Shown: piece by piece, positions 51,008 to 63,944 of the stretch
Layout: each line of letters opens with the position of its first letter
How positions within the stretch are numbered: position 1 is the first letter of the stretch
Assembly (NCBI GenBank): GCA_964016885.1
Contig: OZ024744.1
Coordinates: forward strand, 112,282,001-112,345,944
Direction of reading: 5' to 3'
Source of the DNA: Eledone cirrhosa
Taxonomy: Eukaryota
Length of the DNA stretch: 63,944 bases
Position numbers and translations under genes: made by a program
Notes under the pieces: generated by a model
Databases searched by the model: none
Told to the model about the DNA's origin: nothing
The model's input: the letters and a program-made list of their open reading frames with translations, nothing else

Positions 51008-52690
51008 GGAGTTGGAGCTATTGCAGGGCATCCCTCTCGAACTGGGACTTCAGAAAGTGGTGTCAGCCTACACCGACAACATAACAGTTGTGGTGTCGAG
51101 CACCTCACAAATCGAGGAAGTCGGCACCTTACTGAAGGTTCACAGTAGCGAAGCTGAACCAGGATAAGTCCGTCGGTTTGCAACTTGGTTCGTGGAGAGG
51201 CAAACCGATGCCTTCCGATGGCGTCGTCAGATGCTGGACGGAAGGACCGGTGAAGCTGCTCGGGGTCTGGTTTGGTCCGGACCTCCAGGTGGAGAAGAAC
51301 TGGAATGAGGTGACGGCCAAGGTGTTTGCGCTCACCCAGAAGTGGGCCGAGTGCAAACTATACTTGAAAGGTCGAGCGGAGGTGGCGAACACTTTTATAG
51401 GTCCGTCATCTACTACCGCTTGACCGTCGAGCCTTGTCCAGCCAAAACTCTCACCAAAATGGAGCGCGCGCTCTTCCAATTCCTTTGGAAGAAACGGGCT
51501 CCTTTGGTGAGAAGATCCATCTGCTACCAACACCCTTTAAACGGAGGGCTGGGGATGCCGTGGCTGATGATGTGCAAACACGCGCTCAGGCTGCGGCACC
51601 TACACGTATTCCTCACCGGACAACCGGTGTGGGCCCTGTTTGTGAGGCAAGCCTTCCCACGACTCGTCTCGCTGAGCGAGCTGCAGTCCTGGGTCAAGCA
51701 AAGACCGAGGAAAATGGGTGACTGGCACATCGAATGTGCTCAGGCGCTCACAGCCCTCTGGCAGGCGGACCCGACGATCAGTGGAGACTCCACTTCATCA
51801 TTCTATAGAGGGTTGGTCCGCAGCAAGTGCGACGACGCGCTCGGAGAAACTCTGGGCGTAGAGGAAGGCGAACTGGCCAGTCTGTTCGGTAAGACCTTCT
51901 GCCCAGGACCGATGTACAACTTCCAAAAGTCCTTGGCCTGGAAGTGCTACCGAGAAGCTCTACCAGTTCGAGACAAGTTCTACAGACATGGGCACCCGGG
52001 TAGGGACCCTTCAAAAAAGATCTGTCCGAGATGCATGCGAGACGAAGAAACCGTCGTGCACGCATTCGTACACTACCCGGGCGTCACCGATATGTGGGGC
52101 TATGTAAAACGACTATTGTCGCAGGTGGGACCAATCCGGTTGACCACCGAGTCCATTGTCATGATCAAACCACCACCCTCCTTCAAAAACGAAGGTGAGG
52201 CGGTTTTCCTTTGTGTGATAGCTATGGCGACAGAGGTTGTATGGTGGACAAAGTTAAAAGGGCTGAGGTCAGACACCTTTCTCTTCGGCCAACAACTGGT
52301 TCTTTTTTTTCAAATACCACTTTGGAAGAAGAATCAGGATGGAGAGAGAGGTGCTGTACCCCAGCAAGTTTTATGAAAGGTGGGTGAAAGTGGCGAGAAT
52401 GACCCGAGTGAATGGGCCTTCTCTCTATATCAGCCTGTAGGTTGAGGAAAAAGAGGAAGAGAGGAAGAGGGTACTCACTCTTCGTACTCCTGGAGATGAG
52501 GGTTGCACATTTTTTCGGGGGTATGTGTTACCCATATGTAATGTCTCTCCCTATTGGGGAAAATCGATTAATTTTAAATTGCATTTGTGATAGTATTTTA
52601 CATGTTTTTATTGTATGTAAACTTCCCCCTTTGTATTTGTCCCCTTCTTTTTTGCCCTTGTGGCTAATAAAGAAACATATCTATCTATCA
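51008..52690 (+). mobile_element. 5'-truncated Tx1 copy, same family as 19762-25496
   Basis: VKLLGVWFGPDLQVEKNW..CPRCMRDEETVVHAFVH; 3' UTR ctaataaagaaac followed by atatctatctatc. Confidence 0.92.
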
Positions 52691-52924
52691 TCATCACCGT
52701 TTTACGTCTGTTCTTAAAAGCATGCAAAATAGAAATAAAAACAAAAATAAATAAAAAAAGAAAAAACCAAATTGTTAGTAAAAAAGAACAAAAATAATTA
52801 TTTTAAATCTTCTACAAAAACAGGTATTCTGTCTTATTTTAAATCTTCTACAATGACAGGTATTCTTTCTCATTTTAAATCTACAATATCAGATGGATAT
52901 TCTTTCTCATTTTAAATCTTCTAG

Positions 52925-54305
52925 AATGAATCATCAGAAAGAAACTGATCACGTTCCTCGAGGAAAATGACTGCCTATCTAACACTTCGCTTGGGAAGAA
53001 GCTGCTTTACATAGTTTTTACACTACGACTGGGTACTGAAACAACTGCTAGACAGCTCACATGTGCACGTGATATATCTTGACTTTACGAAGACATTTGA
53101 CAAGGTCGACCACGGAATGATGTGTCACAAATTACACAGTCTCGGCATAACTGGAAAAGTAGGTGAGTGGTTGCATGATTTCTTAAAAGACAGAAGTCAG
53201 ATGGTTGCAGCCAACAGGGACCTCTCAAAGGAAACATCAATAACAAGTGCGGTGCCCCAAGGCGCAGTCTTGGGACCACTACTGTTTTCGGTGGCTCTCT
53301 CAAACATGCCCTCTGTAGTACATACAACATCCCTCACTAGCTATGCTGATGACACAAAGATATCACAGGCAATCAAAAACCTGGCTGATGCTGCCCTTTT
53401 AGAACAAGATCTGGATGCCATATACAAATGGGCTGAAGACAACAACATGCAATTTAATGCTGGAAAATGTCAAGCCCTACAATATCAACCTACTAACACA
53501 AGGACTGTACAACACAGCTACACCGGACCAGGAGGGATTGAAATTCCTGTGTGGAAATCGATACGAGACCTGGGTATAGACATGAGTGACAATACATCTT
53601 TTTCTTCACACATCATGAAGGTGGCGATAATGTGCAGATGACTCGATGGTTGGATCCTGAGGACTTTCCGGACAAGAGACCGAGACAACATGTTGACACT
53701 ATGGAGGACATTTGTCCTAAGCTGCCTGGACTATTGCTCCCAGCTGTGGTCACCCCAGTATCAAACTAACCACGGAGTTTGAGGCAATCCAACGAAGCTA
53801 CTCCAAGAGGATTGCCACAATGAAGGCGATAAGCTCCTGGGAGAGGCTAAAAGAACTAAACCTCTACTCCTTGGAATGAAGACAGGAGATATATGCAGTG
53901 ATATACATGTGGAAAATTCTGGAGGGACTAGCACCAAACTTTGACATAGGAAGCTGGACCAACCCCTGAACAGGACGTTACAGAATGGCACATCTAGAAT
54001 AAGGAGCAGATACTGCAATAGCCTAGGGTTCAAAGGTCCAACTATTCACCCAGCTGCCAAGAAATTTGAGAGATCTGCATGGTATGGACGTTGATGTTTT
54101 CAAGAAACATCTTGAAACTCTGCTATCAAGGATCCCGGATGAGCCCACAACACAGTACGAAGGAAACCTAAGGGCAGCAGCAAGAAACTCCCTCTTACAC
54201 CAATGGCCAGCCAACACAGGCTGGATATAGAACATGTAGCAACAAGGGCAGTGTCCCAGCATGGCCTCAACCGGATGGCTGGAACTGGTAAAAGAATAAA
54301 AGAAT
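52925..54305 (+). mobile_element. CR1-group LINE 3' fragment (RT)
   Basis: YLDFTKTFDKVDH, VPQGAVLGPLLF, YADDTKI, IRDLGI, LDYCSQLWSP, ERLKELNLYSLE; tail ending in aaaagaat repeats. Confidence 0.9.
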
Positions 54306-55059
54306 ATATATATATATATATAAGCAGGGAAAGGAGAGCAAAAGGAAGTTGCTCTTCATATACACATATTCTTAAATAATTTGAATTCTATATTATTTGA
54401 TGTGTGTATCTATGTAATTACTCTCTCTCTATATATATATACACACATTTACATATATATATATACACATATATATATATATACATACACACATATATAC
54501 TTATACATACATATACACACATATATATAAATCTATGAACACATACACACACACATATATGTTTGTATAAATGTAGATACATGTGTGTATGCGTGAGCTA
54601 ATGTTTAGATGAACAATTGCCAACTTTTCATAAAGAGCAGAGGGAGGGCGTGCGGCTTGGTGTGAGTGAGGAAGGGAGACTTGAAGAAGGTTAGAAATGG
54701 AGGAAGAAATTTTGGTAACATTCCACACCTCTGCAGAAAATAACATATATGGTATGAGAGGAAGAATAACTAACAAAGCAGCAACTTTTAAAAATAAACA
54801 ATTAAAATAGGAAATTGGCATTTCAAAATGTTTCTAATGGAATTGGTGCTGGCTGAATTCCTTTATTCTCGTTTTCTTTTACTGGTTTCAGTCATTAAGC
54901 TGCTGTGGCCATACTAGAGCAGTGTCTTAAAGGGATGGGAGTTTAGTTGATTATATTGACACCAGTACTTTTGTTTATGTCTGCTACTTATTTTATAGAT
55001 CAATCTTGTTTAACCAATAAGTTATGGGACATATAGCCACACACGCACACACACGCACA

Positions 55060-55133
<74 letters not shown>

Positions 55134-56738
55134 TACCACATGCATATACATATACTTCCAACACATATTTCCAATTTATCCCAGTGTAGAAAACAGACGT
55201 AAAACCATGATGATGTTCACACACACACACACACACATATACACATATATACATATATATTTATTATTATTATGAGACCTACTGCAAATTCCTTAACCTC
55301 ACAGCCACCCATGTCTGGAATAGCTTTCCAACAACAGGGAAGTCCTGATAAATTTAATTAGCTTGTTCTTGGTGCTTACCACCATAGAAGTCAGTTCTGA
55401 TTGGAATGGTATTCCAGCCATGACCACACAGCATTGCTTTCAGACAGAGAGTCTAATATTACATTATACAATGTGTCCTTTATGTGAAGGAGATTGTTGA
55501 TTGTACATTTGCATATGTAGTTGTAGATATATGTATATGTGTGTGAGTGCATTTGAATGCCTCCATGTGTGCATACAAAACTATTCTAATCACTGTAGAA
55601 AAACTTGTTGGACATAGAAAATATAGTGTACAAAATAATAGTGTACAACATTTCCATGACACCAATGAGTGGAAAAGTCATAGGCAAAATGTTGGCACTA
55701 CAACCAAGAATGTTTTCTGTAAAAGATTGTATCTCATATCCTGTTTAAACTACACAATCTGTAAAGTGACTTAGGACACGGACAGGGAATTTTTAACACC
55801 CAGCAGTTGATATACTGTCAACAGAACCACTTTAGGTATATTTACTAGTAAATAAATATATACACCCAGTACTGCTTTCCTAACACTGCTGTTTGTGTTA
55901 CATACCAAACACCCTGTTTATTTTTAACAAGCTAATATGAAAAGCTCTATATCAGAGCTTTCCCAAAATGTTCAAGTATGCTCAAATATAAGCTGACCCC
56001 AATGTTATGTTGTAGAAATGGGCAAAAATCCATAAAGCTGAGGCAGCTAATAATGTTTAGATTGTGCAGTTTTGAAATTTGGAGAATATATTTATGAAAG
56101 TTTTAATATTTTGGTATTTAAAATGTTTTAAGTGTCGTTTAGAGTATAGTTTTTGTTTCACAATTCCATTATGTAATGATTTTTTTTACCAATTTCTTAT
56201 TGTTTTGAAGGCCATATTCAAAAACGAATTTCATGTGAAAGTCAAACTGGTGTAACAATCACCTTTTTATGTAGAATTTTGGAGTTGGTGGAAATTGGCA
56301 AAATATTGACCATAAATCTATGGCACCCTCACTCCCCGCCCATTTTACCATTCATTTTTTTTTTTTGTCAAATACTTCTCAGCTTATATACGAGTATATA
56401 TGGTAGTTTCTCATCATAAGTTTAATGTCCTACAGCACATTAACTAAATTTTCTTTAAAAACAGTAAACACCACTATGACTGTGTCACATTAAAAATTAA
56501 AGCCTTTACCCTAATACTACAAACTTTCACAATGATCTGTCCACTAATAAAGATACTATAAACATTTGAATTAACAAACCTGCTTTTAGATATTTTCTGC
56601 TAAATCATTATAGTATATAAAGTTTTGTAACATTAAATATATTACATGTCACCAGTTATGTACCTAGAAGTTATCAGATCTTGAGTATATGATACATCAC
56701 AGTCAAATATTAGTGAAGATACATTGAAATTTGACTAT

Positions 56739-57821
56739 GGTGATACACCTGGATATAATTGGTGACACACCTGGATATAACTGGTGACACACCTGGACAT
56801 AATTGGTGACACACCTGGATATAACTGGTGACACACCTGGACATAATTGGTGACACCCCTGGATATAATTGGTGACACACCTGGATATAACTGGTGACAC
56901 ACCTGGATATAATTGGTGACACACCTGGATATAATTGGTGACACACCTGGACATAATTGGTGACACACCTGGATATAATTGGTGACACACCTGGATATAA
57001 TTGGTGACACACCTGGATATAACTGGTGACACACCTGGATATAACCGTTGACACACCTGGATATAACTGGTGATACACCTGGATATAACCGTTGACACAC
57101 CTGGATATAACTGGTGACACCCCTGGATATAACTGGTGACACCCCTGGATATAACCATTGACACACCTGGATATAATCGTTGACACACCTGGATATAATC
57201 GTTGACACACCTGGACATAACTGGTGACACACCTGGACATAATGGTGACACACCTGGACATAACTGGTGACACACCTGGACATAACTGGTGACACACCTG
57301 GATATAACTGGTGACACCCCTGGATATAATTGGTGACACACCTGGATATAACTGGTGACACACTTGGACATAACTGGTGACACACCTGGACATAACTGGT
57401 GACACACCTGGATATAATTGGTGACACACCTGGATATAATTGGTGACAGACCTGGATATAATTGCTGACAGACCTGGATATAATTGGTGACACACCTGGA
57501 TATAATTGGTGACACACCTGGATATAATTGGTGACACACCTGGATATAATTGGTGACCACCTGGATATAATTGGTGACACACCTGGATATAACTGGAGAC
57601 ACACCTGGAGATTATTGGTGACACACCTGGATATAACTGGAGACACACCTGGAGATTATTGGTGACACACTTGGATATAACTGGTGACACACTTGGATAT
57701 AACTGGTGACACAACTGGATATAACTGGTGACACACTTGGATATAACTGGTGACACACTTGGATATAACTGGTGACACACTTGGATATAACTGGTGACAC
57801 AACTGGATATAATTGGTGACA
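56739..57821. repeat. 22-bp minisatellite, ~49 copies
   Basis: Unit ggtgacacacctggatataa(t/c)t. Confidence 0.97.
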
Positions 57822-59541
57822 TCCTTGAGGTGTCATAATATTAGTTTTTAATAAATTCTGCTCTATATAGTCATGCAGTATGATGGAAATATTCAACAAA
57901 TCCTTTTTGATAATACACCTTTGAAAGATTAACCAATGACAACACAGATAATTATATGATTCTCCAGAGATATAAATCTAATAACATTGGGCTTCTTTTG
58001 TATCACCCTCTTATGAGAAGCAACATCAACATCATCATTTGGCAGTATCGGTAGAGGTTCAGACGCCATGCTCTGACGGATAGAGTTACGGCCCTTGCCA
58101 TTCTGAGTTCAAATCCCGCCGAGGTTAACTTTGCCTTTCATCCTTACGGCGGTCGATAAAATAAAGTACCAGTAATGCACTGGGTAATTTCTGGCCTTGT
58201 GCCAATAGTAGAAACAATTATTTTATGTCCACTTTCCACACTGGTTATCACAGGTTATCACAGTCCAACACTAGATGGGTCAGAAAGACCTCATCTTGCT
58301 CTATCATCATCATTTTACATCCATAGTTCCACACTATGTTACAGTAACTTTATTAATTTATTTCAAAGTAGCTGCAGGCATTAGTGTGAGTTGAAAAAGT
58401 TTGCATTATAACCATGTGGTATCAGCTGCCTGCATGACACCTTAGACAAAGATCTACTATGGCCTCTGGTAGATAGAAGCTGTAAGTAAACCTGCCAAAT
58501 ACATGTGTTATTGGGTGCTTTTGTTGAGAATATTCTACTGCATGCTTTTGGGCCAGGTTTATAGTATGAGGATAACGTCCTGCCTTTCCCCCACTAATTT
58601 CAGAATACCTCAAAAGGGGACATAAGCAATGCCTTTCCATTTCTGATAAAGCCATATTTCATTTTTTTTTTTTTTTAACTTAAGAAAATTCAGAGAACAA
58701 CTTGATTAAAACAATTACCATCATCAACATCATCATCTTTGTTTTACAAGTTCATTTTCCATGGTGGGATGGTTTGAATGAGCCATCACATTCCAAGACA
58801 AGACAGGTTGGATAACCATACTTTGCTCATGTTCCATATGTTATTATGGTTTCTACAGCTAGATGCCAACCACTTTGCAGAGGTACTGCGTCTGTTTTAT
58901 GATGGCACCAGCACCAACACATTATAAAGCATATGGGGGTACATTTTATCATGTCACCACCATTACCACTTTACAGTGTTTACTGGATGCATTTTAGCAT
59001 TCATTACACCAACACAAATGCTTTACAGAGTGCACTTGGTGCGTTGATTGTGGTATCAGCTGTACCATTTTACAGAGTATACTGGGAGCATCTTATCAGG
59101 GCACCAGCACTAGAAACATTGTAGATATAAATATTCTAAACACACAACACTAACAATGAGGTTAATTAGTCTGCAAAATTATTATAATCTTATTAACAAC
59201 AATTCATCTCAGAGATTTTAGTCATCAAAGGTATTACTTTATTCTTATGCCATGGCCCTTTAGGTTCTGATTTCCCTTTCATCTTTTTGGTGTTAATAGA
59301 TTAAATTCTAATAATGTACTCATATTATTGATTCAATGAACTGTACTATATACAGCTGTTTGTCTCACCAACAGGTTCTGAGTTCAAATCCCACCGGCTT
59401 TCCTTTTGCCTTTCATCTTTACGGTGTTAATAGATAAAACTCTAGTTATGTACTAAGATCAATTCAATCAACTGTATGTATGTCTACAAATTCCTGAGCA
59501 TTCTGCCAACAATAATAATAGTGAAGATGATGATGACAACA

Positions 59542-59586
<45 letters not shown>

Positions 59587-60174
59587 GGCAGAGGGCCGGA
59601 AAAAGGGCGATGGACTGGTTGACTTAATACCTTAGACAAAATATCTTGCAATATTTATTTCGAGCTCAGTACTTTCTGTGTTCAAATCCCATTGAGATCA
59701 ACATAGCTTTTTCAGTATTCTGTGGTTGATAAAAAAAAGTACCAGTCATATACTGGCATTGATGTAATGCATGCCACTCCCAGACACAATTGCTGCAGGC
59801 CTTGTGTTTAAATTAGAACCCTACTACTATTACTGCTACCACCACCACTACCACTACTACTCAGACACACATGCATTAACACCGAGTGGAATATCTAAAA
59901 AATTTAACAATTCTACCATATTTCTATAATGAACATCACCACATCACCCTCGTAAACAATTTTCACAAATTGTTTACAATAACAACAACAACAATAGCAA
60001 CATCAGCAACATCAGCAGCAGTAACATCAATACCATCATTAACAAACAGTAACCATAACAACAGCAGCAACAATAATGACATCAACACAATCATGAGCAA
60101 CAATAACAACATCACCATTAATAAGAACAACAATTCCACCACTACCACTACCACCACCACCAACAGCTACAGCA

Positions 60175-60600
60175 TTAGCAACCGCCTTACTTGTTTTCGT
60201 GCGGCCTCCAAACCCCCACAGTGGTGCCTGGCTCCATGCCCTGCCCTGCCTGCCCTCCTTCTCCACTGGCACGCAGCTAGACAACCATAGCCTGCGCATC
60301 GGCGTCTCCCTGAGGCTCGGCCTCCGGATCTGCCAGCCACACCAATGTCGCTGCGGTTCCACCGTGGACTCTTTCGGCCTCCACCCGCTTTCCTGTCGCC
60401 ACAGTAGTACTCGGCCCCAGGGCTACCTCCTTACTCACCACCATAGGCGCTGAGCTGGCCAGCCGCAGGTGTGAGCCCCGCGAGTTGGAGTGGCTTTTCC
60501 AGCGCGTCTCCCTTGCCGTTCCCCGGGGAAACACCTTCTCCATTCTGTCCGCCGGGGCTGTGCGTGGGCCCCCATCGCGCACCTTTGTAGTTGTTGTAGA
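60175..60600 (+). mobile_element. CRE-clade (RLE-type) non-LTR retrotransposon 3' fragment with internal deletion
   Basis: [54 protein letters not shown], then terminal WLFQRVSLAVPRGNTFSIL; GC-rich relative to flanks. Confidence 0.78.
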
Positions 60601-60699
60601 CGAAACAGGAGGACAACAACTGGAATGCTATATATTATTGCAATATCCATATACTTCGTCCCATTCATTCATCTATTGTAATTTTTGTTAGTCTGTCAT

Positions 60700-63462
60700 T
60701 TTATTTATCTATCTATTTATCTATTTATCTATTTATCTATTTATTCTATATATTACAACTGTTCTATTTATCTATCTATCTATTTATTCTATATATTACA
60801 ACTGTTCTATTTATCTATCTATTTATTCTATATATTACAACTGTTCTATTTATCTATTTATCTATCTATTCTATATATTACAACTGTTCTATTTATCTAT
60901 TTATTCTATATATTACAACTGTTCTATTTATCTATTTATTCTATATATTACAACTGTTCTATTTATCTATTTATTCTATATATTACAACTGTTCTATTTA
61001 TCTATTTATTCTATATATTACAACTGTTCTATTTATCTATCTATTTATTCTATATATTACAACTGTTCTATTTATCTATTTATCTATTTATCTATTTATT
61101 CTATATATTACAACTGTTCTATTTATCTACTTATCTATTTATTCTATATATTACAACTGTTCTATTTATCTATCTATTTATTCTATATATTACAACTGTT
61201 CTATTTATCTATCTATTTATTCTATATATTACAACTGTTCTAATTATCTATCTATTTATTCTATATATTACAACTGTTCTATTTATCTATCTATTTATTC
61301 TATATATTACAACTGTTCTATTTATCTATTTATCTATTTATCTATTTATTCTATATATTACAACTGTTCTATTTATCTACTTATCTATTTATTCTATATA
61401 TTACAACTGTTCTATTTATCTATCTATTTATTCTATATATTACAACTGTTCTATTTATCTATCTATTTATTCTATATATTACAACTGTTCTATTTATCTA
61501 TCTATTTATTCTATATATTACAACTGTTCTATTTATCTATCTATTTATTCTATATATTACAACTGTTCTATTTATCTATTTATCTATTTATCTATTTATC
61601 TATTTATTCTATATATTACAACTGTTCTATTTATCTACTTATCTATTTATTCTATATATTACAACTGTTCTATTTATCTATCTATTTATTCTATATATTA
61701 CAACTGTTCTATTTATCTATCTATTTATTCTATATATTACAACTGTTCTATTTATCTATCTATTTATTCTATATATTACAACTGTTCTATTTATCTATCT
61801 ATTTATTCTATATATTACAACTGTTCTATTTATCTATTTATCTATTTATCTATTTATTCTATATATTACAACTGTTCTATTTATCTACTTATCTATTTAT
61901 TCTATATATTACAACTGTTCTATTTATCTATCTATTTATTCTATATATTACAACTGTTCTATTTATCTATTTATCTATTTATCTATTTATTCTATATATT
62001 ACAACTGTTCTATTTATCTACTTATCTATTTATTCTATATATTACAACTGTTCTATTTATCTATTTATCTATTTATTCTATATATTACAACTGTTCTATT
62101 TATCTACTTATCTATTTATTCTATATATTACAACTGTTCTATTTATCTATTTATCTATTTATTCTATATATTACAACTGTTCTATTTATCTATTTATTCT
62201 ATATATTACAACTGTTCTATTTAACTATTTATTCTATATATTACAACTGTTCTATTTATCTACTTATCTATTTATTCTATATATTACAACTGTTCTATTT
62301 ATCTATTTATTCTATATATTACAACTGTTCTATTTATCTATTTATTCTATATATTACAACTGTTCTATTTATCTATTTATTCTATATATTACAACTGTTC
62401 TATTTAACTATTTATTCTATATATTACAACTGTTCTATTTATCTATTTATTCTATATATTACAACTGTTCTATTTATCTATTTATCTATTTATTCTATAT
62501 ATTACAACTGTTCTATTTATCTATTTATTCTATATATTACAACTGTTCTATTTATCTATTTATTCTATATATTATAACTGTTCTATTTATCTATTTATTC
62601 TATATATTACAACTGTTCTATTTATCTATTTATTCTATATATTACAACTGTTCTATTTATCTATTTATCTATTTATTCTATATATTACAACTGTTCTATT
62701 TATCTATTTATTCTATATATTACAACTGTTCTATTTATCTATTTATTCTATATATTACAACTGTTCTATTCATCTATTTATTCTATATATTAGAACTGTT
62801 CTATTTATCTATTTATTCTATATATTACAACTGTTCTATTTATCTATTTATTCTATATATTACAACTGTTCTATTTATCTATTTATCTATTTATTCTATA
62901 TATTACAACTGTTCTATTTATCTATTTATCTATTTATTCTATATATTACAACTGTTCTATTTATCTATTTATTCTATATATTATAACTGTTCTATTTATT
63001 CTATATATTACAACTGTTCTATTTATCTATTTATCTATTTATTCTATATATTACAACTGTTCTATTTATCTATTTATCTATTTATTCTATATATATTACA
63101 ACTGTTCTATTTATCTATTTATTCTATTTATCTATTTATCTATTTATTCTATATATTACAACTGTTCTATTTATCTATTTATCTATTTATTCTATATATA
63201 TTACAACTGTTCTATTTATCTATTTATTCTATATATTACAACTGTTCTATTTATCTATTTATCTATTTATTCTATATATTACAACTGTTCTATTTATCTA
63301 TTTATCTATTTATTCTATATATATATTACAACTGTTCTATTTATCTATTTATTCTATATATTACAACTGTTCTATTTATCTATTTATCTATTTATTCTAT
63401 ATATTACGACTGTTCTATTTATCTATTTATCTATTTATTCTATATATTACAACTGTTCTGTT
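60700..63462. repeat. AT-rich minisatellite, 23-bp core plus variable tetramer spacer (units of 35, 39, 43 bp and longer)
   Basis: tattctatatattacaactgttc followed by variable (tatt/tatc/tact) runs. Confidence 0.97.
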
Positions 63463-63845
63463 TATGTATTATCCATTCATATTTGGCAATAAGATTTAGG
63501 GTGTGGTCATCCATTTTCAGTAGCAACAGTGGCTAGATGTACTTAGAAGAACAACAATAACAAACTAGATCAGTCCACATAGCTGAAACAGGTGTGGTAA
63601 TGTGTTTTCTGCATCAAATCATGTATCATATCTCTAACACAGATGCCATGCTCCACTGATTTTTTTTTTCTTTTTCACAAAATGCTTTCATTGAAATTTT
63701 ATAAAGAAAAATAACAATTCAATAAAGGAACAAAAGAATGTGGATTTTTTACTTGTTGCACTCCCTTCCTTTTCTTGTGTGTTTTTTATGTGTGTGTATA
63801 TATATATATATATACATACATATATATATATATACATATATATAC

Positions 63846-63880
<35 letters not shown>

Positions 63881-63944
63881 CATATATATATACATATATA
63901 TATACATATATATACATACATATATATACATATATATATACATA

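Noticed and set aside
54590-54735. Possible minus-strand exon after ttttctgcag
   Set aside because: No convincing donor and no recognisable peptide in any frame
56703-57899. Three overlapping ~300-370 aa ORFs
   Set aside because: The 22-bp repeat is stop-free in all minus frames; no coding signal
60685-62577. 630-aa hydrophobic ORF
   Set aside because: Translation of the AT-rich minisatellite

Overview
AT-rich, repeat-saturated animal intronic or intergenic DNA. The SINE/RTE/microsatellite mix suggests an octopod cephalopod; this is inference from repeat style only. No complete host gene is visible; the best candidate is a 33-nt microexon at 25804-25836. The window holds decayed RTE LINEs and their partner SINEs, a full-length Tx1-clade element (19762-25496, minus) with two truncated copies, a Penelope-like element (RT plus GIY-YIG plus hammerhead), CR1 and CRE fragments, a hAT-like transposon with a nested piggyBac-type MITE, and a foldback element with an 8-bp TSD. 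Highlights: (1) the Tx1 element carries consensus splice sites that would join a 5' ATG mini-exon in frame to ORF2, skipping ORF1; (2) many sequence-distinct hammerhead ribozyme motifs lie on short elements next to (TA)n tracts, some in foldbacks; (3) a ~5.3-kb 65-bp satellite arose inside an RTE ORF, and its unamplified monomer is also in the window. All structures were read by eye and element boundaries are approximate.
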